This document shows positions 17,787 to 27,579 of a DNA stretch of 64,000 bases, piece by piece; position 1 is the first letter of the stretch, and the number at the start of each line of letters is the position of its first letter. Below the pieces are notes generated by a model. The model saw nothing but the letters and a program-made list of their open reading frames with translations, ran no database searches and was not told the DNA's origin. Made by a program: the position numbers and the translations under genes. The stretch is taken from the sequence record OZ195776.1; one strand, given 5' to 3'.

Positions 17787-20006
17787 CTATACAAATTTAA
17801 AGTCAATTGACTTAGTAGAACTGTTGTAACTTACGGACGCTTTGGTAACCATAGCTTCTGCAAATTGCACTTCACCATTGGTTGTGATGTTACCACTATC
17901 CAAATCAACCGCTGCTCTTGCTGTTCCAGATCCACGATATTCGAATGAATTACTCGAGGTGTTCCAATACAATCCCCAGTTTGTAGCAGTCTTTAGCCAA
18001 TACTTACTCGAATCGTTGTACGTAATGCCACCATTGTTGCTATTGATGGTTAGATCGCCACCATTGATGGTTAGATCGCCACCAACTGTTGTATTGCCGG
18101 TCGTTGATAAAGTACCAGCAAATTCAGCAGAACCACGGACCAGTTTCAACCAACGGGTAAACGTGCTTGATGTTGCGCTCGTATCGTAATCACCAAACTC
18201 CATGTACTCAGTGCCGTTATCGTCCCAAGTAGAGAAACGCATGTATCCAGAATTCGAACCGCCCTTCATTTCGATGAATCCACCATCGCTTGATCCAGGT
18301 AATTGGAATTGGATTTGCGACACACTGGTCAAGCTCGTGTGATTATGCGAATCGTCAGCAACAGTAGCAGTCAACGAAACATTCGCCGTACCATCCATTG
18401 AAACAGAGCCACTCACATCACCAGCTAACGTCAGTGTTCTTGCGGTAGTCCACTTGTCAGCGTTTGGATGATATCCATCGTTGAATACCCATTGATCCAC
18501 CCCACCATGCCACACAGATAGCTTTCTACCAGCAGATGAACCAGATCCGTGTACTCGAGTGTGCGTTTCTGCGCCGGTTGAATTACCAATGCGTAGAATA
18601 TTATCAGCAGCAGTGTCAATCAGACGCTGGCCAGTGCGTGTCTGGAAGTTCTGAGCTCGAATGTTTGTACCAGTTAGTATGCCGGTCATCGTGTCGCCAG
18701 TAACGTTCAAGTAACGATTATCAAGCGTTGAGTAATCTCCAGCGTGGAATATGGCATTTCCTTTGTAACTAACGCCGTTATGATCCACGTAAAACGTCGA
18801 TACCCAAGCACCACCAGTTTTATACTGAACATTGAATTTGGACGAGTCGGAGTCGTTGTCATTATCCACTCGAACCATCAGTCCGCCGTCATCCACAACC
18901 AAATTCACAACGTCATCACCAGTGTTTGATGACGCATTACGTTTTAAACGGAATCCGGTACTGGTATCGAACTCAGTTGCACCGTTGAACTCCGACGTTG
19001 CGGTTGTTAGGAAATTACCAGTCACGCCTGCAAATGACCAAGTATCTCCAGATAGCTTATTGCCACGAACGAGGATGTTGTCGCCAGACGTGTTGCCCAG
19101 ATACGTGTTGGTTGCATACAGATACGTGTTCTGAACGTCTGATTGAATGTAGAAGTCACCGCCCTTATACGAAACTCGAGTACTGGAGTCGTTGAAGAAG
19201 TATCCAGAAGAACGATCTACAGATGCGTACAAACGACTACCTTGGACATATCGACTCGCGATTAAATCAGACGTTGCTCTTGCTGTGCCGTAAAACGCCG
19301 ATACGTAGTCGCTACTTCCAGCTCGTGTAAACGATAGGATGTTATCACCACCACCGTTGTTAATGAACATGACTGACGAATCTTCCATCGTACCCATCAT
19401 GCTGATTAGCGTATCACTTGAGGTGCCTGAGTGGTCAACTTGAATCATGCCATCAGTGACATGAAGCGTTGGTACGTTTAGCGTACCGGTCATTGTATCG
19501 CCAGCAGTGTTTACGTAACGACCATCCAATGTATTGTTGATATTGCCTGTGTGCAACATCGTGTATGTATTTGCACCATTAAAGTAATTAAAGTTACCGC
19601 TATGGTCCATTTGCCAGTATTTCGGACTCGCTCCGTATGTACTACCAAAACGGAGTTCGTTGCTACCAATACCACCACCAGTGCCCATGTAACGAATTTG
19701 CCACGCGTAGTGAGTATCAGCTTTACCATTACCCATACTAATCCACGAATCAGTGCTGCTGAATGCTGTATTGGTCAAATCCAGCTGTTCGCCCGCGTTT
19801 GTAATGCGTAGCGCACCAGTCATAGTATCACCGGAACGTTTAACAACCGACGTCGTTAAATCCGTGTGTGGGTCTGGCTTATCGTGTTCTGTGTAAATTT
19901 TATAGCCGGAGTAACGAATCGTCTCACCTTGAGTATCAAAACGAAGATTTCCGCTATGCCATACTAAGTTTCCGCCGATTGAGGTCGACGATCTTAACTC
20001 TGCCAT
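17787..20006 (-). CDS. Tail fibre protein (same N-terminal module as the 13372 gene)
   Basis: MAELRSSTSIGGNLVWHSGNLRF...YSGYKIYTEHD; YVNTAGDTMTG fibre repeats. Confidence 0.8.
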   Translation of the reverse strand: MAELRSSTSIGGNLVWHSGNLRFDTQGETIRYSGYKIYTEHDKPDPHTDLTTSVVKRSGDTMTGALRITNAGEQLDLTNTAFSSTDSWISMGNGKADTHYAWQIRYMGTGGGIGSNELRFGSTYGASPKYWQMDHSGNFNYFNGANTYTMLHTGNINNTLDGRYVNTAGDTMTGTLNVPTLHVTDGMIQVDHSGTSSDTLISMMGTMEDSSVMFINNGGGDNILSFTRAGSSDYVSAFYGTARATSDLIASRYVQGSRLYASVDRSSGYFFNDSSTRVSYKGGDFYIQSDVQNTYLYATNTYLGNTSGDNILVRGNKLSGDTWSFAGVTGNFLTTATSEFNGATEFDTSTGFRLKRNASSNTGDDVVNLVVDDGGLMVRVDNDNDSDSSKFNVQYKTGGAWVSTFYVDHNGVSYKGNAIFHAGDYSTLDNRYLNVTGDTMTGILTGTNIRAQNFQTRTGQRLIDTAADNILRIGNSTGAETHTRVHGSGSSAGRKLSVWHGGVDQWVFNDGYHPNADKWTTARTLTLAGDVSGSVSMDGTANVSLTATVADDSHNHTSLTSVSQIQFQLPGSSDGGFIEMKGGSNSGYMRFSTWDDNGTEYMEFGDYDTSATSSTFTRWLKLVRGSAEFAGTLSTTGNTTVGGDLTINGGDLTINSNNGGITYNDSSKYWLKTATNWGLYWNTSSNSFEYRGSGTARAAVDLDSGNITTNGEVQFAEAMVTKASVSYNSSTKSIDFKFV

Positions 20007-20048
20007 TTTATGTTCCTTCTCGTATATTTTTCTATTTATGGCAGATAC

Positions 20049-20073
20049 AAAAAAAGCGCCAAAAGGCGCTTTC
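20049..20073 (-). terminator. Rho-independent terminator
   Basis: Minus strand agcgcc-tttt-ggcgcttttttt. Confidence 0.75.
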
Positions 20074-20088
20074 TTAATTTAATCATTT

Positions 20089-20775
20089 TTACTGCTGGAG
20101 CTCACGTTCCAATTCGTAAGATTTACACTTCGCAACTTCGAGCATTACGTCACTGTAATCTTCGTCAGTTAGGAACTGCTTATTGTCTGTCAGACCAATC
20201 AACTTCACTTTAGCTCGGTTACAAGTCTTAGAAGCAGCGATTAGACGATCGTACAACGCCGGTTCAAGAACGTTTTCAACTTCACCGCTCATCGTTTTGT
20301 CTTCATCAATCACAACAACCTGTGTTGGAACAACAGTAACTGACTGAGCTGTTTCAACACCACACAAACGTTCCATTGTATTGCCGTATGTGTTCTTGAA
20401 CTGATTCGTGATAAACTTAGGACGTTGTTCTTCCAAACGATCTGGATATTGAATCGTGTATGCTAGCTCATCTTTCTTGATTTCATCGTAGTAATCACAG
20501 AACGGATACTTGCTCATGTCTGGTTTCGTTGACGTGAAGCCGTTACCAGCTTTTGCCGAACGAACATTTGAGATGCGATCTTCGTTCATCTTCTGAATCG
20601 TGATTTCGTACGACATTGCACGGTCACTGTTGATAAAGAAGTCACCGTCGTATGCTTTGAACATTGCCTTTTCGATAGGCGACACGTGATACTTTGCAAC
20701 TTCGTAGTCTGAACGACCACAAGCTGTTAGTAGAAGACCAAGACCGATAATTGCAATAGATTTTACGAGTTTCAT
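20089..20775 (-). CDS. Putative lipoprotein
   Basis: Signal peptide II with lipobox LTAC. Confidence 0.75.
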   Translation of the reverse strand: MKLVKSIAIIGLGLLLTACGRSDYEVAKYHVSPIEKAMFKAYDGDFFINSDRAMSYEITIQKMNEDRISNVRSAKAGNGFTSTKPDMSKYPFCDYYDEIKKDELAYTIQYPDRLEEQRPKFITNQFKNTYGNTMERLCGVETAQSVTVVPTQVVVIDEDKTMSGEVENVLEPALYDRLIAASKTCNRAKVKLIGLTDNKQFLTDEDYSDVMLEVAKCKSYELERELQQ

Positions 20776-21683
20776 AGTAGCTCCAATTTTAAGTAAACAC
20801 CGCCAGACACTTTATTTGCACCGTAGTAAGAAGTGCACTTGTAACGCCCTGGCTTAACTTTGACGATATCATAGCTGCCTTTCTCAGGAACGTCAACGTT
20901 ATTTTTACGACATTGCTCTTCTAAAATCTGAACGTCTACCATGCTCGTCCACCAAAGGTCAGTACAAACATAACCAACTTCAACTGCGTCAGGACCGCCG
21001 AGTGGTTTAGCTTCATCAGTTTCTTCATCGTAAGCAGAACCGATTAGAATCGTTCCGTCGTGATCCCAGATACGTGGACAGCTATTGCCGACAAATGAGT
21101 AGAAGAAACCGTAATCAGCATACGCTTCTGTGGTTTTACGAAGACCGATAAAACGATTGACGTCGTAGTCGTGGCCATCGTTATCACAAATCGTACGCAT
21201 TTCGCCAATGTAGTCGTTTACGTACAGCTCACCGGATGGACAATCGATGATTACTTCAAACGCTTCCAGACGTTGCTGACAAGGTTCGGATACACAGGTA
21301 ACAGTTTGACCTTTCAGCTCAAACGTAATGGTCTCACCACAAGTATCACAACCATGATAAGAAGGAGTCTTGATTACCACAACATCTTCACCTTTCAACG
21401 CTGCAACCAGTTTATCGGATTGTAGACGATGGAAGTATGGTTCGAAGTTGTACACAGAATGACCGTTTTGGTCTTTGCGATTGGCGTGTTTGAAAATCTT
21501 CTTCACGAGAGAATCCAGGAACAGAGCAGCATGATCACCAAACTCTACTTGAATCGCATCTACGTACTGGATTTGTTCTTCCAACGAAGGAAGTTTAGCT
21601 TTGTTATCAAAGATGTATTTGTTGCTAAATTCACTAACCGAAAATGTATCAGACATGTTATTCTCACTATATTTTAGAGACAA
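20772..21683 (-). CDS. Hypothetical protein (start uncertain, possibly MSDTF)
   Basis: About 300 aa ORF with CDTC/C motifs. Confidence 0.65.
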   Translation of the reverse strand: MSLKYSENNMSDTFSVSEFSNKYIFDNKAKLPSLEEQIQYVDAIQVEFGDHAALFLDSLVKKIFKHANRKDQNGHSVYNFEPYFHRLQSDKLVAALKGEDVVVIKTPSYHGCDTCGETITFELKGQTVTCVSEPCQQRLEAFEVIIDCPSGELYVNDYIGEMRTICDNDGHDYDVNRFIGLRKTTEAYADYGFFYSFVGNSCPRIWDHDGTILIGSAYDEETDEAKPLGGPDAVEVGYVCTDLWWTSMVDVQILEEQCRKNNVDVPEKGSYDIVKVKPGRYKCTSYYGANKVSGGVYLKLELL

Positions 21684-21706
21684 AAAAGGCGGGATTTCCC
21701 GCCTTT
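21682..21706 (-). terminator. Rho-independent terminator
   Basis: Minus strand aaaggcggg-aaat-cccgcctttttt. Confidence 0.75.
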
Positions 21707-21713
21707 CAAAGGT

Positions 21714-23156
21714 TTAACCGCGGAAGAATTCCAGATCGTAGCGCTCGTTGCCAACCGCTTGCATCATGATCTTCACAGGTTCAAGCTCACCACCCAACAA
21801 GTTGGTTAGGATGCTTGGCGAACAGCCGCTTACTAGAGCAGTGCCCACTTCACCAGACTTAACTGGTACGTTGCCGATACGACCACGTAGGTTCCAGAAA
21901 ACCAGTTGTGGCATTTCGTAACCAGCTCGAGCGTACTCTTGCTTGATTACTTCCAAGTTGGTCTTCTGACCACCGCCCCAGTAACCTGCACCAGCTTGGT
22001 CGAATTCCATGTCTGACAGAATCAGCATCTTGGTTGGTAGGTCTTCTTGCGATAGACCCGCTTGAACTGCACGTTGCAATAGGACTCGGAAGACCTTGTT
22101 CACGTCAGTCGACATGTTTTCGCCTGAGCGATCCATGTTCATTAGGCGTTCGTGCAACGTTGCACCTTTCAGTGCGTGGAAGTGTGGGTCGCTTGAGAAC
22201 GAAATGAATTGGTTCTGGAAGATACCTTCATTGCGCTCTGCGATGTAAATGCCCAAAGACATTGCAACATCTTTACAAGTTACCGAACCAGTACCTGCGT
22301 TGATTGGAGTCTGCATAGAGCCAGACACGTCAACGATTGGCATGATGCGTTCGTCGCTACCTTCCATGTAGTTAGGTAGAGCCTTCCACTGTGCATCCGC
22401 TACGCGAGCATCACCTCGGTTGACTGACTTAACAATGTCGTATGGGTAAACCGCACCAGCGTTGATCTTCTCAGTGCCTTTTTCAAGACCTTGAATGTAC
22501 TGAGTGTACGTTTCCTGAGCGTTGCGACCAAACGCTTTTTGGTATCGAGCAGAAGCTACCGATGGTAGTTTGCCGAATTCAATTGCGTCCCACTCACGAG
22601 CACACATCTTCTGTTCAACGGTATCAGACAACATTGACAGAATCTTACGAAGCTGTTTGTTCTTGATATCAGCAGCTTTTGCAAGCGCTTTGAAGACATG
22701 ACCGTTTGCAGACTTCTCACGAGGAGTCCACTTCGCAGCAAGGCCGTTGCGCTCGTTTACCAACGCGTTCAGCCAAAGAGCTTCTGCATCAGCTTGAACT
22801 TGCGTACCAAAGGCAACCACAAGATCATCCCAACGACCAAGAGCTGGAACTTTGAACATTACTGCTCGCGCCAAATCTGGTTTCTCGTTACACAGTTTTG
22901 CGAATACCGTACGGAATACGTTACGCTCACCTGCACCACCACGAACGTCACGAGCCCACATCAAGATGCGAGTTGCAACTTCTTGGTTTTCACCGAACGC
23001 TCGGCTAAACAGAGTTACTGCTTCATCAGGAGTACGGCGAAGCGCACCAGCTGTGAAGAACCAGTCCAGACAAGCTGTACCGGATGTTGAATGTGTTACC
23101 GCACCGTTTTCAGTACGTGCGTCGTTTGTTTGCATTGCGTTCATAAAGTTGCTCAT
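21714..23156 (-). CDS. DUF2828-type Ro60/TROVE-like vWA protein
   Basis: T.NGA...STSG.ACLDWF, WARDVRGGAGER, GRWDDL, AAKWTPRE, IVDVSGSM MIDAS, ILSDMEFD, FWNLR. Confidence 0.85.
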   Translation of the reverse strand: MSNFMNAMQTNDARTENGAVTHSTSGTACLDWFFTAGALRRTPDEAVTLFSRAFGENQEVATRILMWARDVRGGAGERNVFRTVFAKLCNEKPDLARAVMFKVPALGRWDDLVVAFGTQVQADAEALWLNALVNERNGLAAKWTPREKSANGHVFKALAKAADIKNKQLRKILSMLSDTVEQKMCAREWDAIEFGKLPSVASARYQKAFGRNAQETYTQYIQGLEKGTEKINAGAVYPYDIVKSVNRGDARVADAQWKALPNYMEGSDERIMPIVDVSGSMQTPINAGTGSVTCKDVAMSLGIYIAERNEGIFQNQFISFSSDPHFHALKGATLHERLMNMDRSGENMSTDVNKVFRVLLQRAVQAGLSQEDLPTKMLILSDMEFDQAGAGYWGGGQKTNLEVIKQEYARAGYEMPQLVFWNLRGRIGNVPVKSGEVGTALVSGCSPSILTNLLGGELEPVKIMMQAVGNERYDLEFFRG

Positions 23157-23196
23157 TTTCAGAAATCCTATTTTCAAATGTGTGCTGTATAATTTC

Positions 23197-23502
23197 TTAA
23201 CAGCGTGGCATTACCACGCCATTTTTATGGATAGTAATTTTCAGACCGTTTCCAGTCTTATTGATGCGAACGTTCTTGTAGCCGTTTTGACGAAGAAGCT
23301 CGCTAATAATCTGACTACCCATATTCTGAGTGTCTTCGAGATGGTGTTGTATGTCCATTTCTAAGGGGAACTCTACACCATCTTTTAAAGAAGTAAACCC
23401 TTTATCCATTTCTTTTGAATAAAAATCAGTTAGAGTTTGGCGAACGTCGTGGTTTCGCTGTGTAATCTGCTTGTTCAGATCATCGTAATGAGGAATTGTC
23501 AT
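23197..23502 (-). CDS. Hypothetical protein
   Basis: Start re-assigned to MTIPHYDD (23502). Confidence 0.6.
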   Translation of the reverse strand: MTIPHYDDLNKQITQRNHDVRQTLTDFYSKEMDKGFTSLKDGVEFPLEMDIQHHLEDTQNMGSQIISELLRQNGYKNVRINKTGNGLKITIHKNGVVMPRC

Positions 23503-23821
23503 TGTTTGCCTTAATAATAATTCGGAACATTCGATTCGAATCGCTGAATCGGCTGTCTGGTTCGTATCCAGGGACTTTAACTTCTGCGTTTCTAAAGCCA
23601 TGTAATGCCAGAAGTTCGCGCACTTGGTCAGCATGAGCTTCTGTCGTTTTGTTAACACATCCAATTTTGATGTGGAAATCAAATGGGAATTTCCCATTTA
23701 ACATACCAGAAAAGAACTTTTCAATTTCTTCACTAGCTTGTTTCTTCACCGTTTCCAGCTCACGAGCGTAACTCGCATCTGAAAGTGATTTAACTGCGTC
23801 GTACGTGATCATTACCACCAC
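23480..23821 (-). CDS. Hypothetical protein
   Basis: ORF within a coupled operon. Confidence 0.6.
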   Translation of the reverse strand: MVVMITYDAVKSLSDASYARELETVKKQASEEIEKFFSGMLNGKFPFDFHIKIGCVNKTTEAHADQVRELLALHGFRNAEVKVPGYEPDSRFSDSNRMFRIIIKANNDNSSLR

Positions 23822-24318
23822 CCTTTATTAGCTTGATCAATCCAGAATTGACGCACGTTTGGTTGTGCATCTTCCCAACAAGAAGTTGTTGGAATCGCTT
23901 CGCGGTACTCATTGTAGAGCTTTTGAGCACGATCTAACATGCGACGAGCGTGCACGTCTGCAGGTTTCGCGAACACGTTTGCACGAACATCAACGGTAAC
24001 AAAGTTGGTAGAGTCACCTGTGCAGTGCATCGCGCGAGCTTTGATAATTTCAACCCAAACATTGTCGTTGTGAACTGCACGAACGATACCAAGTTTCTTG
24101 GTATCGTCACAATCGTTATACATCGGACGAGCAAGACCATCAATCGGAGGAATACCGAAACCATCCCAGCCGTCATCTTTAGCAGAATCAGGTACTAACT
24201 CCCACTCATTAGGAGAAAAGTAGTTGCGTTTGGCTTCCTTACCCCACTGCGATGTAATGTTCTTCGCTCGGATTAGACGAATCTGAGTTGAAGGTTTGTA
24301 ATGATTTGCGTTTAGCAT
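23812..24318 (-). CDS. Hypothetical protein
   Basis: 168 aa ORF. Confidence 0.65.
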   Translation of the reverse strand: MLNANHYKPSTQIRLIRAKNITSQWGKEAKRNYFSPNEWELVPDSAKDDGWDGFGIPPIDGLARPMYNDCDDTKKLGIVRAVHNDNVWVEIIKARAMHCTGDSTNFVTVDVRANVFAKPADVHARRMLDRAQKLYNEYREAIPTTSCWEDAQPNVRQFWIDQANKGWW

Positions 24319-24644
24319 TCTTTAACCTTTTTCTTTGGAATTGGATCATTGGTAAACAAACGATCACCTTTAGAAGCAATAATGATATCGATTTGAGTGA
24401 TATACATTGGAGCACGAGCAAAACTTTGCATCATACAACTTGCACCGGACGTACCCTCTTCGAATTTGTCGTAGAGACCTAACAGACCAGCAGCATTGCC
24501 CAATAGAGTTGGGATGCGCTCAACGCTTACATCAAGCGTTTCTGCGATTTGAGGATACGTCAGACCACCAAGAAACAGTTTGCCAGCGTAAAGTGAACGA
24601 CCTTGCTTGTTAAGACGTTGTTTGATTTTGCCTACTTGATACAT
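24312..24644 (-). CDS. Hypothetical HTH protein
   Basis: LTYPQIAETLDVSVERI; RBS ggag. Confidence 0.65.
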   Translation of the reverse strand: MYQVGKIKQRLNKQGRSLYAGKLFLGGLTYPQIAETLDVSVERIPTLLGNAAGLLGLYDKFEEGTSGASCMMQSFARAPMYITQIDIIIASKGDRLFTNDPIPKKKVKEC

Positions 24645-24709
24645 AATTTACTCTCCAAATGCTTTGTCAATGCCCTGCATCTTACAGGGCTCAATTTTTA
24701 AGTCAACTA

Positions 24710-25039
24710 TTATTTTCGAACAAATAGCGAACCAATTTGACGATATTGTTGTGTGTATTCCAATAGCTTGCTCATTTTCATACGAGCAACAGGATTTGAT
24801 GTTACCAACATTACACGATGCGGCAAGTTGTTAGCATCAATCGCACACGATAAGATATCGTATCCTTCGTGACCAGGAGTTTCATCATCCAAGTCGTTAT
24901 CCATCAACAATGTAATGTCTTGCAAGTTTGTGTGTTTAACAAAGGACATTCCCTCATCAAACGTACGAATCACCAGCTTTTTGTCACTAGGACGTACGAA
25001 CTGATTGATGTCTCGGAGATCGTCGATTAGTACGAACAT
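24710..25039 (-). CDS. Cyclic-phosphate processing receiver-domain protein
   Basis: VLIDDLR...LLMDNDLD...GYDIL...VTSNPVAR matches the LDDxR/DHDLG/GYD/SANPVG family pattern. Confidence 0.7.
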   Translation of the reverse strand: MFVLIDDLRDINQFVRPSDKKLVIRTFDEGMSFVKHTNLQDITLLMDNDLDDETPGHEGYDILSCAIDANNLPHRVMLVTSNPVARMKMSKLLEYTQQYRQIGSLFVRK

Positions 25040-25280
25040 GTATTACCTTCTCTTTAAATTGAACCAACATGCGATGGCTGAAATCGTCAGGATGCTCGTT
25101 CAACAATTCTGCGTTTCGCCAAAGCCCACACTCGTTACGGACTGCTCGTCCAAGACCCATGTGGTAACGACTCGGGTCCGATTCCAAGAAAGCATCTTGA
25201 ACTTCAGATTCCGTGTGATTCCACGCTTCGGATAGAAACTTTTGACAGCGACGTTCCAAAATAGTAATGATGATAGCCAT
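24987..25280 (-). CDS. Hypothetical protein (DUF6794-like)
   Basis: YHMGLGRAVRNECGLW motif. Confidence 0.5.
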   Translation of the reverse strand: MAIIITILERRCQKFLSEAWNHTESEVQDAFLESDPSRYHMGLGRAVRNECGLWRNAELLNEHPDDFSHRMLVQFKEKVIHVRTNRRSPRHQSVRTS

Positions 25281-25331
25281 AACAACCTCTTTTCATAAGT
25301 AATTACAATCATTATCCATTTTGATACGAGG

Positions 25332-25619
25332 ATGTCAACGGTGAAAACTAAAATAAACATAGGAAAACGTTTGAAAGCGGTAAAGAACGCATTTGATGCG
25401 CGCCGTTTCAGAAAGATGAGTGGCTTGGAGACAAAGCTAATGAAAGCGGAACGTGACTTGAATTACAAGGATGCTAAGAAATATGCGTTTGAATTGCGCG
25501 ACTACGCAACGAAGAGTATGAGAAAGGCGACTTCTGATGAGGAACGCAACCACGTTCAAGGTTACATTGACAAGGCGAAGCAGTCGTTGTACGAATTGAC
25601 AATCAATCACGCCATATAA
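25332..25619 (+). CDS. Hypothetical basic protein
   Basis: RBS gagg; ends at a bidirectional terminator. Confidence 0.6.
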   Translation: MSTVKTKINIGKRLKAVKNAFDARRFRKMSGLETKLMKAERDLNYKDAKKYAFELRDYATKSMRKATSDEERNHVQGYIDKAKQSLYELTINHAI

Positions 25620-25621
25620 AG

Positions 25622-25647
25622 AAAAAGCCGCTATATAGCGGCTTTTT
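25622..25647. terminator. Bidirectional terminator
   Basis: aaaaagccgc-tatata-gcggcttttt. Confidence 0.8.
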
Positions 25648-25648
25648 A

Positions 25649-25861
25649 TTAGGATTTACGTCGTAGTTTCTGAGAGATCGTTTGATCTACAACCGTGGAG
25701 TAAGTTAGATGTCTTTTGTAGAACTTTTTGTCGTGATTGGTGCATTCGAATCGATTGATCTCTTTGCGAATTTTCGCAAGTACTTTGTTCAACGATTTAC
25801 GAAGGCTGCACACTTCTGAAAGGTTCATACGGTTTAGGTCATCTGCTGTTAGGAATTCCAT
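25649..25861 (-). CDS. Hypothetical protein
   Basis: 70 aa ORF with RBS gagg. Confidence 0.6.
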   Translation of the reverse strand: MEFLTADDLNRMNLSEVCSLRKSLNKVLAKIRKEINRFECTNHDKKFYKRHLTYSTVVDQTISQKLRRKS

Positions 25862-25948
25862 GATTGTTACCTCTATTGATTGACAAAAAAAGAGGGAGCA
25901 AGGAATCGAACCTCGATGTACCAGTCTCCCTCATAGGAGAACGACTAG

Positions 25949-26155
25949 TTAATACGCCAACATCATTGCACGACGCATACGTTCTTTTTCGGTTAGCTCT
26001 TCTTCGACAACATCGACTTTCGGAGCTTCTTCCGGTTCTTTCTTAGCGCCACCTTTAGCTTCAATGCTATCCCACAAAGGACTGTTGCGCCACTTTTCAT
26101 TGTGCCCGTTTCCAGCGCCACGACCTTCACGAGCATGAGATTTGAAATTACTCAT
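25949..26155 (-). CDS. Hypothetical protein
   Basis: Start MSNFKSH (26155) overlapping the upstream stop. Confidence 0.55.
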   Translation of the reverse strand: MSNFKSHAREGRGAGNGHNEKWRNSPLWDSIEAKGGAKKEPEEAPKVDVVEEELTEKERMRRAMMLAY

Positions 26156-26348
26156 TTGACTTCCTGGTTGCAGCACGCACAGTAGCGGCAGCCGCAACTG
26201 CACCAGCGACTTTAGCACCAGTCTTTGCACGACTACCAGCCTTGCGCGCGCCAGATTTCACTTTGCGTTTAACACGATCGCGTCTACGCTCTTTTGGCTT
26301 CTCTTCTTCCATAAATTGGTCGAAGGTTTTAAGTTTGGACATATCCAT
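26148..26348 (-). CDS. Small basic protein, internal-head-protein-like N-terminus
   Basis: KLKTFDQFMEE resembles the T4 capsid-targeting sequence; Arg/Lys-rich. Confidence 0.6.
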   Translation of the reverse strand: MDMSKLKTFDQFMEEEKPKERRRDRVKRKVKSGARKAGSRAKTGAKVAGAVAAAATVRAATRKSNE

Positions 26349-26383
26349 AACATCTCTCCTTTGAGTATTATGGACTATTTAAG

Positions 26384-26776
26384 CTAATCAGCAAATGGGT
26401 CCGACAAGTCATGTGCCAAACGAACGCGGTGCTTCTTGGAGACTCGGAATCCAGCTCGGTCAATGACTTCATCCAAGTTAATCCAATTCTTCATATTAAG
26501 CTCGAGATACTTTCCACTGCCGTGCCACGTACGATCACATACGATACGCGTACCAATGGACTGGTATTTTCCAGCAATAGTAGCGTACATCGTTTCTTCT
26601 TTCGTCTCGTACATAAAATCCCCATGTATAACGCGTATTCTAACGCGTGAGAACGATTCTACACCGAGGAACTCGTTGGAGATGAATCCGTTTACAGATA
26701 ATTTCATAAACGTCTGAGAATCCGGCATATCGCGGATTCTCTTCATCTTTTCAATTGATACTCGTTTGTTTATCAT
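26384..26776 (-). CDS. Hypothetical protein
   Basis: 130 aa ORF; ATGA overlap with the Sir2 gene. Confidence 0.65.
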   Translation of the reverse strand: MINKRVSIEKMKRIRDMPDSQTFMKLSVNGFISNEFLGVESFSRVRIRVIHGDFMYETKEETMYATIAGKYQSIGTRIVCDRTWHGSGKYLELNMKNWINLDEVIDRAGFRVSKKHRVRLAHDLSDPFAD

Positions 26777-27570
26777 AAGTCCATTCGCTTTTCAATATCT
26801 TCACGAACCAATTCGAACCCACGAGATGCTCCAAACGGAATCTTGCGGTCGATGATTGGCATGGCCATTGTCATTTCAGAGTAACCGTTCGACGGCATGT
26901 ACTCAGAATCTTCTGGATCGTACTCAGGGATCGCAGGATCAATCATGATTTTGTACGGGTATGGGTTTGTTGAGAAGAACCAACCAACGTAGTCGACGAC
27001 GCTTAGCTGCGTACCAACAACCACTACAGTGTCTTGAGGTCGAACTGCACCAGCACCACGTAGCAAAGAATTCATTTTCTCGTAGGCAGGCGCCATCTCA
27101 CCAAAGAAGATTACATCTGGCTTGGCGTTTAATTCAAACGTACGTGAATCGATACGGTCTTTCTCGTAATCGTACGCTGCGTAACCGATGTCTTTCGAAT
27201 CGCAATCAGGCGTCGTGTAGTCAGTAACGACTTTGGTCAGCTCACCATGAATATGCAGTACGTCTTCAACGCCAGCGCGTTCAAGCAAGTCTGATACATT
27301 TGCAGTAATGTTGATAACACGATCTTTACCGTATTTCTTTTGCATTTCAGCAATGAAATGGTGCGCTGCGTTTGGCTCAACATTTCCAAGTTGCATACGA
27401 CGTTCGTTATAGAACGAATGCACTTTTTCGTAGTTCTGAGCCCACGTACGGATGTTACAGACTTCGTTCAAATCAAACTTATCCCAGGTACCACCAGTAT
27501 CACGAAAGGTATTGATGCCAGACTCTTTGTCCAGACCAGCACCACTTAAAATAAAAAGTCTTGGTAACAT
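26773..27570 (-). CDS. Sir2/CobB-family NAD-dependent deacylase
   Basis: ILSGAGLDKESGINTFRD, PNAAH, TANVSDLLERAG, HIHGEL, KPDVIFFGE, VVVGT. Confidence 0.9.
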   Translation of the reverse strand: MLPRLFILSGAGLDKESGINTFRDTGGTWDKFDLNEVCNIRTWAQNYEKVHSFYNERRMQLGNVEPNAAHHFIAEMQKKYGKDRVINITANVSDLLERAGVEDVLHIHGELTKVVTDYTTPDCDSKDIGYAAYDYEKDRIDSRTFELNAKPDVIFFGEMAPAYEKMNSLLRGAGAVRPQDTVVVVGTQLSVVDYVGWFFSTNPYPYKIMIDPAIPEYDPEDSEYMPSNGYSEMTMAMPIIDRKIPFGASRGFELVREDIEKRMDL

Positions 27571-27579
27571 CAGTTACTC

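Noticed and set aside
18040-18082. Short direct repeat attgatggttagatcgcca x2
   Set aside because: Encodes the GGDLTIN beta-repeat typical of fibre shafts.
10041-19811. Many 60-115 aa ORFs antisense or out of frame within tail-fibre and baseplate genes
   Set aside because: Shadow ORFs of long genes, with no independent signals.
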